Assembly (NCBI RefSeq): GCF_018350175.1
Contig: NC_058368.1
Coordinates: forward strand, 39,310,001-39,374,000
Length of the DNA: 64,000 nt
Origin: Felis catus
Lineage: Eukaryota
Direction: 5' to 3'
The stretch's first letter is position 1. Each line of letters begins with the position of its first letter. Shown in pieces: positions 37,712 to 49,729 of the stretch. The notes below the pieces were generated by a model that made no database searches, had not been told where the DNA came from, and saw only the letters and a list, made by a program, of their open reading frames with translations. The position numbers and the translations under genes were made by a program.

Positions 37712-37922
37712 GGGACGCCTGGGTGGCGCAGTCGGTTGAGCGTCTGACTTCAGCCAGGTCACGATCTCGCGGTCCGTGAGTTCGAGCCCCGCGTCAGGCT
37801 CTGGGCTGATGGCTCAGAGCCTGGAGCCTGTTTCTGATTCTGTGTCTCCCTCTCTCTCTGCCCCTCCCCCGTTCATGCTCTGTCTCTCTCTGTCCCAAAA
37901 AATAAATAAACACTGAAAAAAA
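37712..37922 (+). mobile_element. Young feline Can-SINE
   Basis: Near-consensus body; 17-bp TSD AAAAGACAAAAT(G/A)CATT at 37695-37711 and 37923-37939. Confidence 0.97.
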
Positions 37923-38002
37923 AAAAGACAAAATACATTCATGATAAATATTTAGCATTTTATTGTGTTAAATGGTATTCTACTTGAGTATAAAAATGGA
38001 GA

Positions 38003-38170
38003 GGGCCGCCTGGGTGGATCAGTCCGTTGCACATCTGACTCTTGATTTTGGCTCAGGTCACGATCTTGCAGTTAGTTAGTTCAAGCCCTGGGCTCTGTGC
38101 TGACAGCATGGAGCCTACTTGGGATTCTCTCTCTCTGCCCCTCCCCCAGTTTGCTCTCTCTCTCTCAAAA

Positions 38171-38209
<39 letters not shown>

Positions 38210-38221
38210 ACTTTAAAAAAA
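38003..38221 (+). mobile_element. Older Can-SINE with (AAAT)n tail
   Basis: GGGCCGCCTGGGTGG head; AATGGAGA on both sides. Confidence 0.9.
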
Positions 38222-39192
38222 GAATGGAGAAAAAGAAAATACACACGAGCAATTTCGCTATTTTAATGAAATATTTTACATTATGTTTTAAATTAGCATA
38301 TTTCACTGTGTTGCTGTGTATAGGCTTAGACAAGAGCCTATTTAAGTATGTACATTTAAGTAATTATGTAAGCTTTTAAATAATCATGCCCTATCAATCT
38401 TCTTCAAGGATCATTGAACATTCTCTGACAAGGGTGCCAAATAGGTGATGGATAAATAATGTACGCAAATTCTAATTGTGCAGGATGTAAAGGGCCAAAT
38501 AATTTGAGGTTTGCTTTTTTACCTAGATTCCAGAGCTAACTAAAAGCACTTTTCCCTGACCAACACACCAAATAGAATTTAAATTCAGATTGTTTTGTTG
38601 ACAGCATAAATGTCTCATTCAGTGTGACATTGATGTAAGAAAAAATGAGTCAAACTGACACTTACGAGCCTTTAAAATATCTGCCTTAAGGTTGAGTCCT
38701 ATTTTGAAAAATGTTCCTTGTGCATTGTAGAATTATGGAACATCTTGGAATCGCACCAGTCCCATTCTACTTGGGATCCACCATCACAAGTATTGAAAGA
38801 TCTTAGCTATGTTTTCAGCAAATTATATTTTACTTTCCTTTGGTCCTTGAAAGATACCACTGATATAAAATCATTGTTTTTTTTACCACCATTTGCAATT
38901 GTGACTTTAACTAGAGCACTAAATCTTCAAATTTTGTTATTATGATTTCTAAAAAGGAATTGGACTGCAAGAACTAGAAGTTCAAGACACGCTATTTTGA
39001 AAATCAGTTCCATATTATGTACTTTAAGAAAAATAAAGAAAGCTAAATTTATTTTAAACTCAAAATTATCAATTAAAATTTATTAACAAATCTAAAAAAA
39101 ATCTAACAATCCACCAACTGACAATGAAAAGATAGATGTTTATTAGTATAGCAGATGTGCAGTATGTACCATAGACATCGTCATCTTTCTCA

Positions 39193-39196
<4 letters not shown>

Positions 39197-39228
<32 letters not shown>
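39197..39228. repeat. (GT)16 microsatellite
   Basis: Directly visible. Confidence 0.95.
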
Positions 39229-39236
<8 letters not shown>

Positions 39237-40713
39237 GTAGATGTGTATACATGAGCATGTGTGTACACCTATTCACATACATATGGGGGGATTGGCCTTT
39301 TATTAATTTCAATACTATATATAAATATTGAACTAATGCACTGCTTTCAATGGGATTGAAGATGATTTTGGAAAGCACTTATTTTCAAGATATTGCAAAT
39401 AAACATATTTTGTATAGATGATATATAGGTGCCATTTTTCGACAATGATAATATTCAGGAGAAGTTTGTTGAGTAAATCCTTATTAATTTTTTTCAATCT
39501 GAAAATTTTAAAGTATTTATGTATATATCTATGTATTTATCTTGCTATAAATATGTATTTAACACTTCTGAAAACAGACACATAACAATGAGTATATAAC
39601 ATGTTCAAATTAACTTTCAATTTGAATTAAATATGTATATATTAATAATAGATATTCTTAGTGTTACAGACATATAAACTAATGCAATTGATATGATCAA
39701 GATAGTGTCTGTGAACTTTAGATGAATTAATGCACCTAAAGAGCTTAGAACAATATCATGATAACCATAATGGTATTTTTCTATAAAAACATGCAATTCC
39801 ATTATAATTACAATCTTATAAAGTAAATTCAATCTTTTCCATTCCTTTGGGCTTCACAGAAATGTAACTTTGACTAATGTGATAAAATAGCTTTTTGGCT
39901 TTGTGTAGCTTGACCACCTGGAGAGTGGAATATTGATTCTATAATTAACTGTGACCTGCAAAGTGCAGCCACCAAAATTACTTTGTTTTAAAAAAAATAA
40001 TTTTCCCCTTCTGTGAGTTTACATGAAAAACAAGTTGTAAAAAGAAGAGGATTTTTAAAGCATAATAGTCATTAAAGTTTCAGTGATCATGATTGTGATT
40101 TTTTTAGAACTCATTTTAATTGCTGATATATTCACATAAAAAGACAGACTGGTAAAAAATAAATTGGGCAAAAGTATCCTGGTAAAATATTTGTGACCTG
40201 AGATTCCACAGTCTATAAAGACCTAGCTCTCACACTTTTAAATTTATAAGGGCCACTAATATATGTTAAAACCCATAGTCCTATTGAGATTTTAAAAATA
40301 AAGTAAAATGCAAATTTTCAATTTACAAAATGTTTTATAGGTTAGAAAATTGCAAGTGAGAAAGTGGGCTTGTTTTGTTGGGGTTGTTAATAGAGGAAAT
40401 GTTCAGTGTAGCTTGCCAAACCTCTACTTACATTTGTTACTAATAATTGAAGCTCCAATTTTTAATGATAAACTTGTATTTATTACCTTTAATATAAATG
40501 AGCAGTATACACGTGCTTATAGATATGTAGGCATCTATTTCGGCATCACTAGCTTTTAAAAAATATTTTAAAAGTCATCTTCATTTATACCAAAAGTTCA
40601 TGTTGCCATTTAAATTAATTTTATACAATTCAAAAATAATTCTATTTATATTATAAAATTTCCCAACTGTAAAAATTACTAAAGATAGATGTTCCTGTTG
40701 AAAGGAAGTCTTC

Positions 40714-40846
40714 TGAGCACGTGAGTAGCTCAGTAAATTAAGCATCTGACTCTTCATCTCAGCTCAGGTCTTGATCTCAGGATCTTGAGTGCAAGCCTTG
40801 CCTTGGGCTCTGTGCTGGGTATGAAGCCTACTTAAAAAAGAAAAAA
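40714..40846 (+). mobile_element. Short old Can-SINE lacking the CT tract
   Basis: AGCTCAG..TTAAGCATCTGACTCTT..CTCAGCTCAGGTCTTGATCTCAGG..GAAGCCTACTT plus A-tail; TSD AAAGGAA(G/A)TCTTC. Confidence 0.85.
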
Positions 40847-41031
40847 AAAGGAAATCTTCAGTTTCCACAGTCACTAATCCCATAGACAGCCGTTATAATT
40901 TCTTAGGCATCCAGACACAAATAATATTAATATTTATGCATATTTTTTCTAAAAATGAGAGTTTGTTCTACATCTGTCAGTTGCACTTAATATTCGTAGT
41001 GTTTGATGAATAATAATACAATAGGACTTCC

Positions 41032-41083
41032 ATTTTATTTTATTTTATTTTATTTTATTTTATTTTATTTTATTTTATTTTTA
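41032..41083. repeat. (TTTTA)n microsatellite
   Basis: Directly visible, about 10 units. Confidence 0.95.
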
Positions 41084-41089
41084 ATGATG

Positions 41090-41555
41090 TGTCATGGGCA
41101 GGTTCCCTAGAAATAGATACTGAGATAAGGATTTTTGTATGAAGGCTTTATTGGGACAATGCTATCAAGAGAAAACTTCATGAAAATAGAGAAACCAGGA
41201 TGAGGTCCCAGAAGAAGCAAACTCAGACACATTCTAGCTGAAGTCTATCCTCAGCCTGATTCACGGGGAGTTCTGTAGTATGAATTGTGCCATAGTTGTT
41301 GTTTCATTGTTAAGCAAAGGGACCTGATATTTTGTACTGCTGTATCAGTAACTAATTGCCAACAAGTGTCCTGGTAACTCCCAGATGGAACCATAATCTC
41401 CCAAGTGAGGTGAATACAGCTACTAAAACCATTTCTCTGAAACATTGTAAACTGTTATAAATTATAAACTCCAGTTGCCCAGCTCACAGAACCTGGAAGA
41501 TGAGTTAATCTGGGTATCAAGGGATCTGGGCAAGGCATGAAAAGAGTATGCTACT
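41090..41555 (-). mobile_element. LTR16-like ERVL solo LTR
   Basis: TGTC..GGCAGGTTCCCTAGAAATAGATACTGAGATAAGG...TTTATTGGG at left and GGGATCTGGGC...TGCTAC at right match the reversed recalled LTR16 ends. Confidence 0.65.
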
Positions 41556-41599
41556 GGTGGTATGGTATCACATCACAGAATAAAACAGAATTATGCTTT

Positions 41600-42250
41600 A
41601 GTTATTTTTTCCTAAGATATATTTGGTTGAATTCCTTTTTAGGAAGCACAGTGTTGTTATTAATATTTTTGTACCATTGATTTCCTGTATATTATAATGT
41701 CTGTCTTTAATAGAAGTTCCCGGGACTTTAAATGCTGGATCAAAGGTTATGTACATTTTAAAGTTTGCTAGATATTGACAAATTATCCCCAAAGAAGTTC
41801 ACATTCTTCGTATCTTCACTAACAATGTGAATTAAATTTTTGGTCCTAAATTACCTTGATATGAAAAGTGGTGTCTCAGATTGATTTTGTTTTGCATTTT
41901 TTTAAAATTATATAGAATGGTTAGCATATTTTGATATGTGAAAGCAATGTGTATATTGTTTTGTGAATAAATTATTCCTCTTTTTTGTATTTTTTTATGT
42001 TGCTAATATTTTTCCCATCAGTTTTAAGAACTATAGATATGTGTTAAGAAAATTAAATATTTTAAGATGTTTATTCGTATGTCATTCCAGTTTTATCTTT
42101 TGAACTTTATTTTTATTTTCACTCTGCAGATATATTTAATTTTATGAAGTTCAATTTATTTTTTATAGCACCCGGGCTTTCTTATTTAGAAAGGTCCCAT
42201 TACTTCACAAATAAATATTTTTAAAATCCACATATTTTTTTCCATATCCT
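41600..42250 (-). mobile_element. Highly degraded old L1 fragment
   Basis: TGCTGGATCAAAGG.TATGTACATTTT...TTGACAAATT...TGGTGTCTCA...TTTGCATTT motifs. Confidence 0.55.
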
Positions 42251-42338
42251 TTAAAATGTCTTCTTTTTTTGAGGTAAACATTTCCTTCTTTTAATTTTAG
42301 GCAAAATTAAATTTGGTATCTTTAAAAATCTAATTTTA

Positions 42339-42557
42339 GGGGCGCCTGGGTGGCGCAGTCGGTTAAGCGTCCGACTTCAGCCAGGTCACGATCTCGCGGT
42401 CCGTGAGTTCGAGCCCCGCGTCGGGCTCTGGGCTGATGGCTCAGAGCCTGGAGCCTGTTTCCAATTCTGTGTCTCCCTCTCTCTCTGTCCCTCCCCCGTT
42501 CATGCTCTGTCTCTCTCTGTCCCAAAAATAAATAAACGTTGAAAAAAAAATTTAAAA
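42339..42557 (+). mobile_element. Young feline Can-SINE
   Basis: CpG-rich consensus-like body; perfect 15-bp TSD AAAAATCTAATTTTA at 42324-42338 and 42558-42572. Confidence 0.98.
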
Positions 42558-43435
42558 AAAAATCTAATTTTAAAATATTTTGTGCTGTTTATTTTATAAT
42601 TGATAATTTTATAACTATAGTTTTTGCAAAACATAAATAATGGCTTAACTACACAAGCTCATGGAAGGCACATGAGAGTTAAGATGCGTAAAGATTATTT
42701 TCACAAGTAGATGAATTTATCCTGCCAGGTTATAAATGAAAATCAGTGTTGATAATGAGAAGTGTTAAAAATAAAACATCATGAGGAAAGACAATTCTAT
42801 TTGAAACACAAAAATTGTCTTAAAAAGCAAAGGGAGTGATTTTTCTGTTTTGGCTTAAAAGCTGAAATACTTTGATAAAATTCTTTCATATAAGAGTAAT
42901 TTTTGCTTATACGATTTTATCCTAGCTAATACAAATTTTATGGCATGCCAAAAATTCTTCAACCTATTTAATTTGCTTCCTTGTTCCTAATTTGTTTACT
43001 TTTGTCTATAGGGTAAGTTCTAATTCTGTTAAGAGCTTATGATGTAATGTTAGGATAATTCATTTACTTACAATGCTATTGACTGGATCAATTCCAATAG
43101 TATTTCCTGTGTTTATATGTGTAGCCATTAGATTCAGTAATTATTTAGACCTTGAAAAATGTGTTACATATCAAACAAAAAGAAAGGCCTCTGGTAGTAA
43201 TAGAATTTATTTTTACAAATTTCAGATATTTTGAAATCATTGTAAGTATTTATAGGGGCCTATAACTATATGTTTAAGGAATTAAAAAAATGGTCCTAGT
43301 GATAATATAATTAGTGTTTTAAAAAGAAGATAATTTTCAAAATGAGTATCTAGCTTAACTTTTTAGCTTAACTTCTTTAATAAGTCACACCAATTCATAA
43401 GTAGTATTAAAATGTAAATATTGTAAATAAGTTTT

Positions 43436-43606
43436 TTTTTTAAGTTTATTTGTTTATTTTGAGAGAGAGAGAGTGTGTGACAGAGTAGGGGCAGAGGGAG
43501 GGAGAGAGAGAATCCCAAGCAGGGTTCAATCTCACGAACCGTGAGATCATGACCTGAGCTGAAATCAAGAGTTGGATGCAAACCAATTGAGTCACCCAGG
43601 CACCCC
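43436..43606 (-). mobile_element. Can-SINE with internal deletion
   Basis: Reverse body ending CAGGCACCCC; TSD TAAATATTG(T/C)AAATAAGTTTT. Confidence 0.92.
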
Positions 43607-45584
43607 TAAATATTGCAAATAAGTTTTAACCATCATATGGAACCCAGTGATATTTACATAACATGGTTACTATTTTTTATTCCATTACTTCCAAATTCTT
43701 CCTATCAGTATATGTGAGAGGCTTATTTTTATTAAAAGAAAAATCCAAAAAAGGGTCATAAAGATTTAGATTTGTGAATAACTTTGTATTCTTTCGATTT
43801 TTAAAATATAAGTGGAACACAGGTAACGTCCAGGCTATTTTGAAAATGAGTCATTATTTTTCAGGTTCTGGTCACAACGATAATTCCTCTCTAAGCAGCA
43901 ACTCCTTGACAAAGGTAAGCATTTCTGCTTATAAGCTGTTTATTTTTGCAGTAATTTTTTTTTTAAGTGGACACAGTTCTCAGGAGACTTTACAGTCAGA
44001 ATTGGACAAGGTTAATGTTCTCTGTGGTGAAGACTATGGAAATGGCAACAATGTTTGCAAAAGCAGATGGGTACTCAGGTCAACTCAAGATCTCTAAAAG
44101 AATGGATAGAGTGAGATCAAAACCTAATAGATAGGGTGAGTATTTATATCAACATTAATGTTGAGGAATCAGATAAATAGTTGAATTTAGAATGACTCCA
44201 AGAAGGTTTCATATGCCAGTATATCTTGTAGGGTGTGCAGCATTGCTGAAAGAAGAAAAAAAATATGAGATGCTTAGGCAACTGAATCATTAAGACGACA
44301 GTGATAGACAGGAAGAAATGGAACTTAGGAAAAGAAGAGTTTGGATAATTTGAGTATTTCATCCTTGTTAAAAAATCTGGGCAGCTGCTATTTAGAACAA
44401 ATAATAAGAAAATATTATAAACAGAATTAAATTTTTGATTCATCCTGTATGTTTTCTTATGCCTCTTGTGAAGAAAGAAGTCATTATACACACTTGGCTT
44501 ACCTAAATTTTGTAGATGGAGCTACAGGGAAACATCTAAAGAAAGGTTATCAACATTCTAAAAATTTTCTCTGCAGAGACCGATTTTAACCATAGTTGCT
44601 GAGCTTAGCTTATAATATGTGTATGAAGACTGGTACTATTATAAAACATGAAATATATTATTATTTTTTTCCATTTTGAAACCTATACCAAATTTAAATC
44701 AGTGCTACTTATTCTGGTAAATAAAAATGGTACCCTGTTTTAAAGTATTAATCTTTTACAGTGTTTTCTGAAGTAAATGTCATGGTTATTTCTTCCTAAA
44801 AATGGCCATTAAAATCCTTTTTCCATGTATTTTCTCATTAGCTAAATAATAAAAAAAAATAATGGGTGTCTCTCGATTTTTCTTCATACAGTTTGGTACT
44901 ACAGAGTGAAGAAATTTAATAGCAATTTTACTTGTGCCCTCATTATTGGTATGCTGTAGTCATTTTCTACTTTTCAATGACTTTGAAAATGATCTTGTAC
45001 AGTAGCGGCTTCTTATTATCCAGAAAGGTACTAGAAATAGGTGTAATCTCATTATACTCACAACCACTCAGTAGAAAAATATGTAATATTCATGTGAATA
45101 TCTGTGAGGTAGTAGGGTATAGTTGAATAGCTTCATTTTCTCTGCTATACGATGGTACAATTACATTTATTTTTTTAAATGACAAACTCATAAAATTATA
45201 CAGTGACAATCAGCACAAATGCAGAGTTGCCATTTGCGTAGGAGAAATGGGTTACAGGATAAACCTCTAATTTAGCTAATGGAATTTTGAAATAGAGCTT
45301 ATAACCCAAGTGAAATCAGACACAATGGTCTTAGTTGACTCCATTTTATAATCACTTACATTTTTATTGCTAATTCACCTAATTGAAGTCAGGAGTAAAT
45401 ACACCATTAGCTCTGGATAACTTAGGTTAGGGTTGAATTTTACTGTTACAAGGGATATGTAAATGTCCAAAAGAAAGATGCACAAATATGCTGAGTGTTG
45501 TTAGCAACACAAGAAAACAAAGAATTTAAATTACAAGTCTGATTCCTACGTCTAACTGCAGTGTCTTTTGAGATCATTTGTGAC

Positions 45585-45788
45585 TGTTTTTTTTTTTTTT
45601 TTTGGTGGATTGGAGATTTATTTAACACGGGCGGGCTCAGAGACCATTTCTCCAAAGATCTGAGCACTGGATGAGAGTGGGAAGGGTAATTTATAGTTGT
45701 CAGCTCCCATACCTGGGGGCTGGGTTTCGAATGCGGGGCAAACAGGACAAGAAGAACCTGGAAGAGGAGTCTCTAAGCTAGAGACCAG
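45585..45788 (-). mobile_element. Retroposed 3' end (U3-R-polyA) of an ERV-type transcript
   Basis: Minus strand: TATAAA (45695-45690), R-like GCTCAGATCTTTGGAG...GAGCCCGCCCG, AATAAA (45622-45617), 13 nt, A17; 11-bp TSD TCATTTGTGAC at 45574-45584 and 45789-45799; no U5. Confidence 0.75.
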
Positions 45789-46000
45789 TCATTTGTGACC
45801 TTATTAAATCTATGTTTTAAATAATTTATTTTCTATTGAAGTAATCAACTTGTTTACGTAAGAAAATGAAAACAACAATAAATAATACCTTTTTCTATGA
45901 TTTCTTAACTAAGCAAATGTATGGATGTTGTAATATCCTAAGTGAGGATTGCGACTTAAAATATTAAAATGAATGTTTCAATATAACAAGAAATACCAGT

Positions 46001-46505
46001 TGATGAAGTTTGGGGGTGGTGGGGGGCGGAGCTGATGACCAGGAAAATTCTTGAAGACGTCTTTGGTGCAAAACGGTGATTTTATTAAAGCATGGGGATA
46101 GGACCCATGAGCTGGGAGAGCTGCACTCTAAGTGTGTGTGTGTGGGGGGGGGTGACTATTTTATGGTGTTAAGGGAAGTAAAGTCAGGAGGGAGTTTCCA
46201 AAGAGACTTTCACATGCTAAAGACTTACTAAAGACCTAGCTATTGTCAAGCTAAAGTTGTTTTTCCCTCTAGCAAAGCTTTAACATTAAGACAGTAGGGA
46301 GTTTCTGGACTTTAGGCCATTGATGGGATTGCTTTTTCTTGTAAACTGGTGGAAGTTCTTATCAGTTTAATAATTTTTTTTTCCTCTTTTTCTGTTTTGG
46401 GGTAGCCAGAAGTGTCCAAGGAATATCATATGTGGCCCACCTGGGGTGTGGGGGGGTGCTGTTAGACTGCACTCTGCCCTCAGGTCGCCCCACGCTCCCT
46501 CATCA
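46001..46505 (-). mobile_element. Carnivore ERV1-type solo LTR (CarLTR-like), copy 2
   Basis: TGATG...CATCA termini; flanks CCAGT/CCAAT; homologous to 4926-5320 and 53622-54332. Confidence 0.85.
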
Positions 46506-47607
46506 CCAATATTAACTAATTCATTAATTTGGGGCAAAAATAATATTTACAATTTTAATAAAACAACACAAATTTTAATTATATTAAACATCAATTAAAA
46601 TAATGAAATTTGTCCATTATTACCAGATCTTGTGACCTATTTCTATCTCGTATCTCCAAAATATTAAAAATATTGGTAACAGCACAGAAACAACATGCTA
46701 AAAACCTGGAAGTACCTTTACAAATCTAACTTAAAGAGCACACACTTTCTTTAAATTGTCAAAAGCTTCAAAAAATTGTATTGAGTAAAAAAGGCTAGCA
46801 CTTACTGAAGTTATTATTCCAGGATGTATACAAAGCACATTTTATACATTTTCTCATTTCTCACAAACCTTGTGATAGAGAAACTGCTATTAACTCTGTT
46901 ATGGAGATGAAGAAACAAATCAGATACCTAGAGAGGTACTGTGGCCTACCAGTGTTAGAGAAGTTCTAAGTGAGGGCAGTGGCGTTTAAGCCTACACGGT
47001 GCTCCTGTAACCCTTCTTCTTAACCACTTTCCTCCCATATAGTGTAATGTGGATGAGATCACATTACACTATATGTGTATGAGGTAAACCTGTTGATTTT
47101 AAGAAAGAGAAAAATAAATTAGGATCACCTTAAAAAAATTATATACCGTATTCCTTGCTATTCTGCCATTTTTGAATGGGTTACAGGCACACATGTAAAT
47201 AGGTGTGTTTTGAGTATTTATTAAAAATAAGGATTGAAATAATCTTGTCATCAAACAAAAACCAATGATTATCTCAGTTATTAACCAGTCTTCCAGCCTC
47301 GGTGAGGAATTTCTGCATCATATAACTTTTCATTCATTGCTAGGCCAATTTTGCTGCTTACCATATGTGATGTCTGCTAGGAAAATATGACTAATTATAA
47401 TAAAGATTTCCTTTAACAGTAGCATCATTAATTTCCATCAGTATATTTAGTGTCACTTTATATTAGGCCAGGTTTCCATTGCTTAAGGTTAATATCTAAT
47501 ATATCTATTAACGTCTAATAATATATATTATATACAGTGAGGATTATTATAGGAGAGATAAAAAGAATATAATGAACTAGTTCATTTCAAGTTTAAATAT
47601 TTACTCA

Positions 47608-47811
47608 GGATTCTGGAGCTTGAGCTCCATCCTGCCCCCCACCCCTACCCTCCACCCTTTGCCTCAGGCTCTGTGCTAACAGCAGGGTGCCTACTTGGGA
47701 TTCTCTCTCTCCCTCGCGCTCTCTCTCTCTCTCTGCCCCTCCGCTGCTCATGCTCTTTCTCTATCTCTCTCTCTCTTTCTCTGTCTCTCAAAATAAATAA
47801 ATAAGTAAATA
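47608..47811 (+). mobile_element. 5'-truncated Can-SINE with a C-rich internal segment
   Basis: CAGGCTCTGTGCT...TGGGATTCTCTCTC, CT tract, (AAAT) tail; perfect 16-bp TSD TTTAAATATTTACTCA at 47592-47607 and 47812-47827. Confidence 0.88.
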
Positions 47812-48891
47812 TTTAAATATTTACTCAACTACATTCTGCTGAGGTAATTTTTTAAATCTGCGTTTGAAAGAGGCAAACGGGCATTGTTTGTATGGCCTAT
47901 GATAAATATGAACCAAAAATACTTTCATAACTTGGTTTTTGTGTGATAGGTTTTATGATCATGTATTCACTAGAATATTATAACCCAAATAACATGACAA
48001 ACAACTGGGACAATAATGGCAGGAACTAGAAGATAACTAGCATCTTTATCCTACCTCAGGATCAAAAGAACTTGAATCTGTTTCTAGACCATGTTTTCAT
48101 GATGAAAAGTGTTTCTGGGTGATTTAGTTTTTCTTTCTATGGTAAAACTGAATCAAATCTCCCATTTGATTACATGGGAAACATCACACAGGTGGCTGAA
48201 ATTATTATATCAAATCTGCCTCAATGAAGACATGACCTTCATAAATTTCAGGCAAATGACTATAATAAATTTTGTTTTATGCTATATTCATAGAATGAGA
48301 TATTCTGAATAATGAAGTAGTAATCGTGAATAGATAAATGTGACAAAACTAACATGAAAGGACAAACACCATTTTATACATCGCAAAGTACTTCCCTTCT
48401 AATTTTCAAAGAACAGAAAGAAAATGTTTGATAAAAGAACATGCAAATGTATTAGTTAGAACTTCAGAATTTCTAGATCAGTGAGAAATTCAATTTTGTT
48501 GTGTTATAGTATTCTCAGAAACTGGCATTTTCATACATCCTAACAGCCAATATTGCCGTTTTTAGCATTTAAAACAAATAATTGTGGGTAATGTATACTT
48601 CCTTTGGCCATAGGAAAGGATAATTAAATTATATAAAATAAATCAGTCATGAAAGATTTTTTTTTAACTTTTGCAACTTCACATAAAATAATAAAACTAT
48701 TAAGTAGCCATTATCTAAATCTCATTTTTAGATCTTGGTTATTTAAAGAATTTCTTCATTTTTGTGTATTTCTTCTCTGATTATGGCTATTTTTATCAGT
48801 TTTGTTATTTTCCTATTAAGTAGTTATCAATCAACACTTGAGTCACACGCTTTTATTCCTTGAAAATTTCAGCTTTCCAACACTTCCTTTC

Positions 48892-49110
48892 TTTTTTTTT
48901 TAATGTTTTTTAATGTTTATTTTTGACAGAGAGAGACAGAGCATGAGTGGGGGAGGGGCAGAGAGAGAGGGAGACACAGAATCTGAAACAGGCTCCAGGC
49001 CCTGAGCTGTCAGCATAGAGCCCGAAGTGGGGCTCGAAATCAAGGACCGCGAGATCATGACCTGAGCCGAAGTCGGACGGCTCAACCGACTGAGCCACCC
49101 AGGGGCCCCC
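48892..49110 (-). mobile_element. Feline Can-SINE
   Basis: Reverse consensus-like body; imperfect TSD AACACT(AT)TCCTTTCTT. Confidence 0.95.
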
Positions 49111-49223
49111 AACACTATTCCTTTCTTAATTCAATCTCAGGAACTTTTCTTATTTAATGATCTTGTCCTCTACCATATAGCATCTACCTGTAATATTTGA
49201 CAATGTTGAATTTACCTAAAACC

Positions 49224-49726
49224 CTGTGTTTCTGAAAAACAATGGAAGTTAAAGGAATCCCTCCCTATCTCCTACCTCCAGATTCCTGTATCTTTGTTTC
49301 ACAAATGATTAGTTAAACTGCTTAATCTTCACTGATCAATAGAAATACAATTCTTGTTAGCCAAGCTGTGATTAAGATTATCTCCTTCCCTGAATTTTGA
49401 CAACCTTTAAGCCGAGCAGGCAAACAACCCTTCCCAAGGGGATGATCTCCCCGACTCTCCACTCCTGGTAACTTCCTGTGGTCTAGTTCCCCCTCAGGTC
49501 ACTCTTTCATGGCTTTTCCCCATCTCATTCTTTCTAGCCTTGTTCACTCCGTATAAAAGAAAAACTCTTTGTGCCTAACCCTGAAATGCCTGCAAATCTT
49601 GTGACAGCTTCTCTGATTCTGGTAGTGCAGAGCATTTCCTACTCAGTAGTGCCTCTCTACTCCCTTACAATAATTCTTTCAAATAAAATCTCATCTTCTC
49701 AGGTCTGAATTTGTTTTTTATTTGAT
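49224..49726 (+). mobile_element. Old ERV1-type solo LTR (family uncertain)
   Basis: TG start, TATAAAAG near 49552, AATAAA near 49682, ends TTTATTTGATA; about 500 bp. Confidence 0.6.
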
Positions 49727-49729
49727 ATA

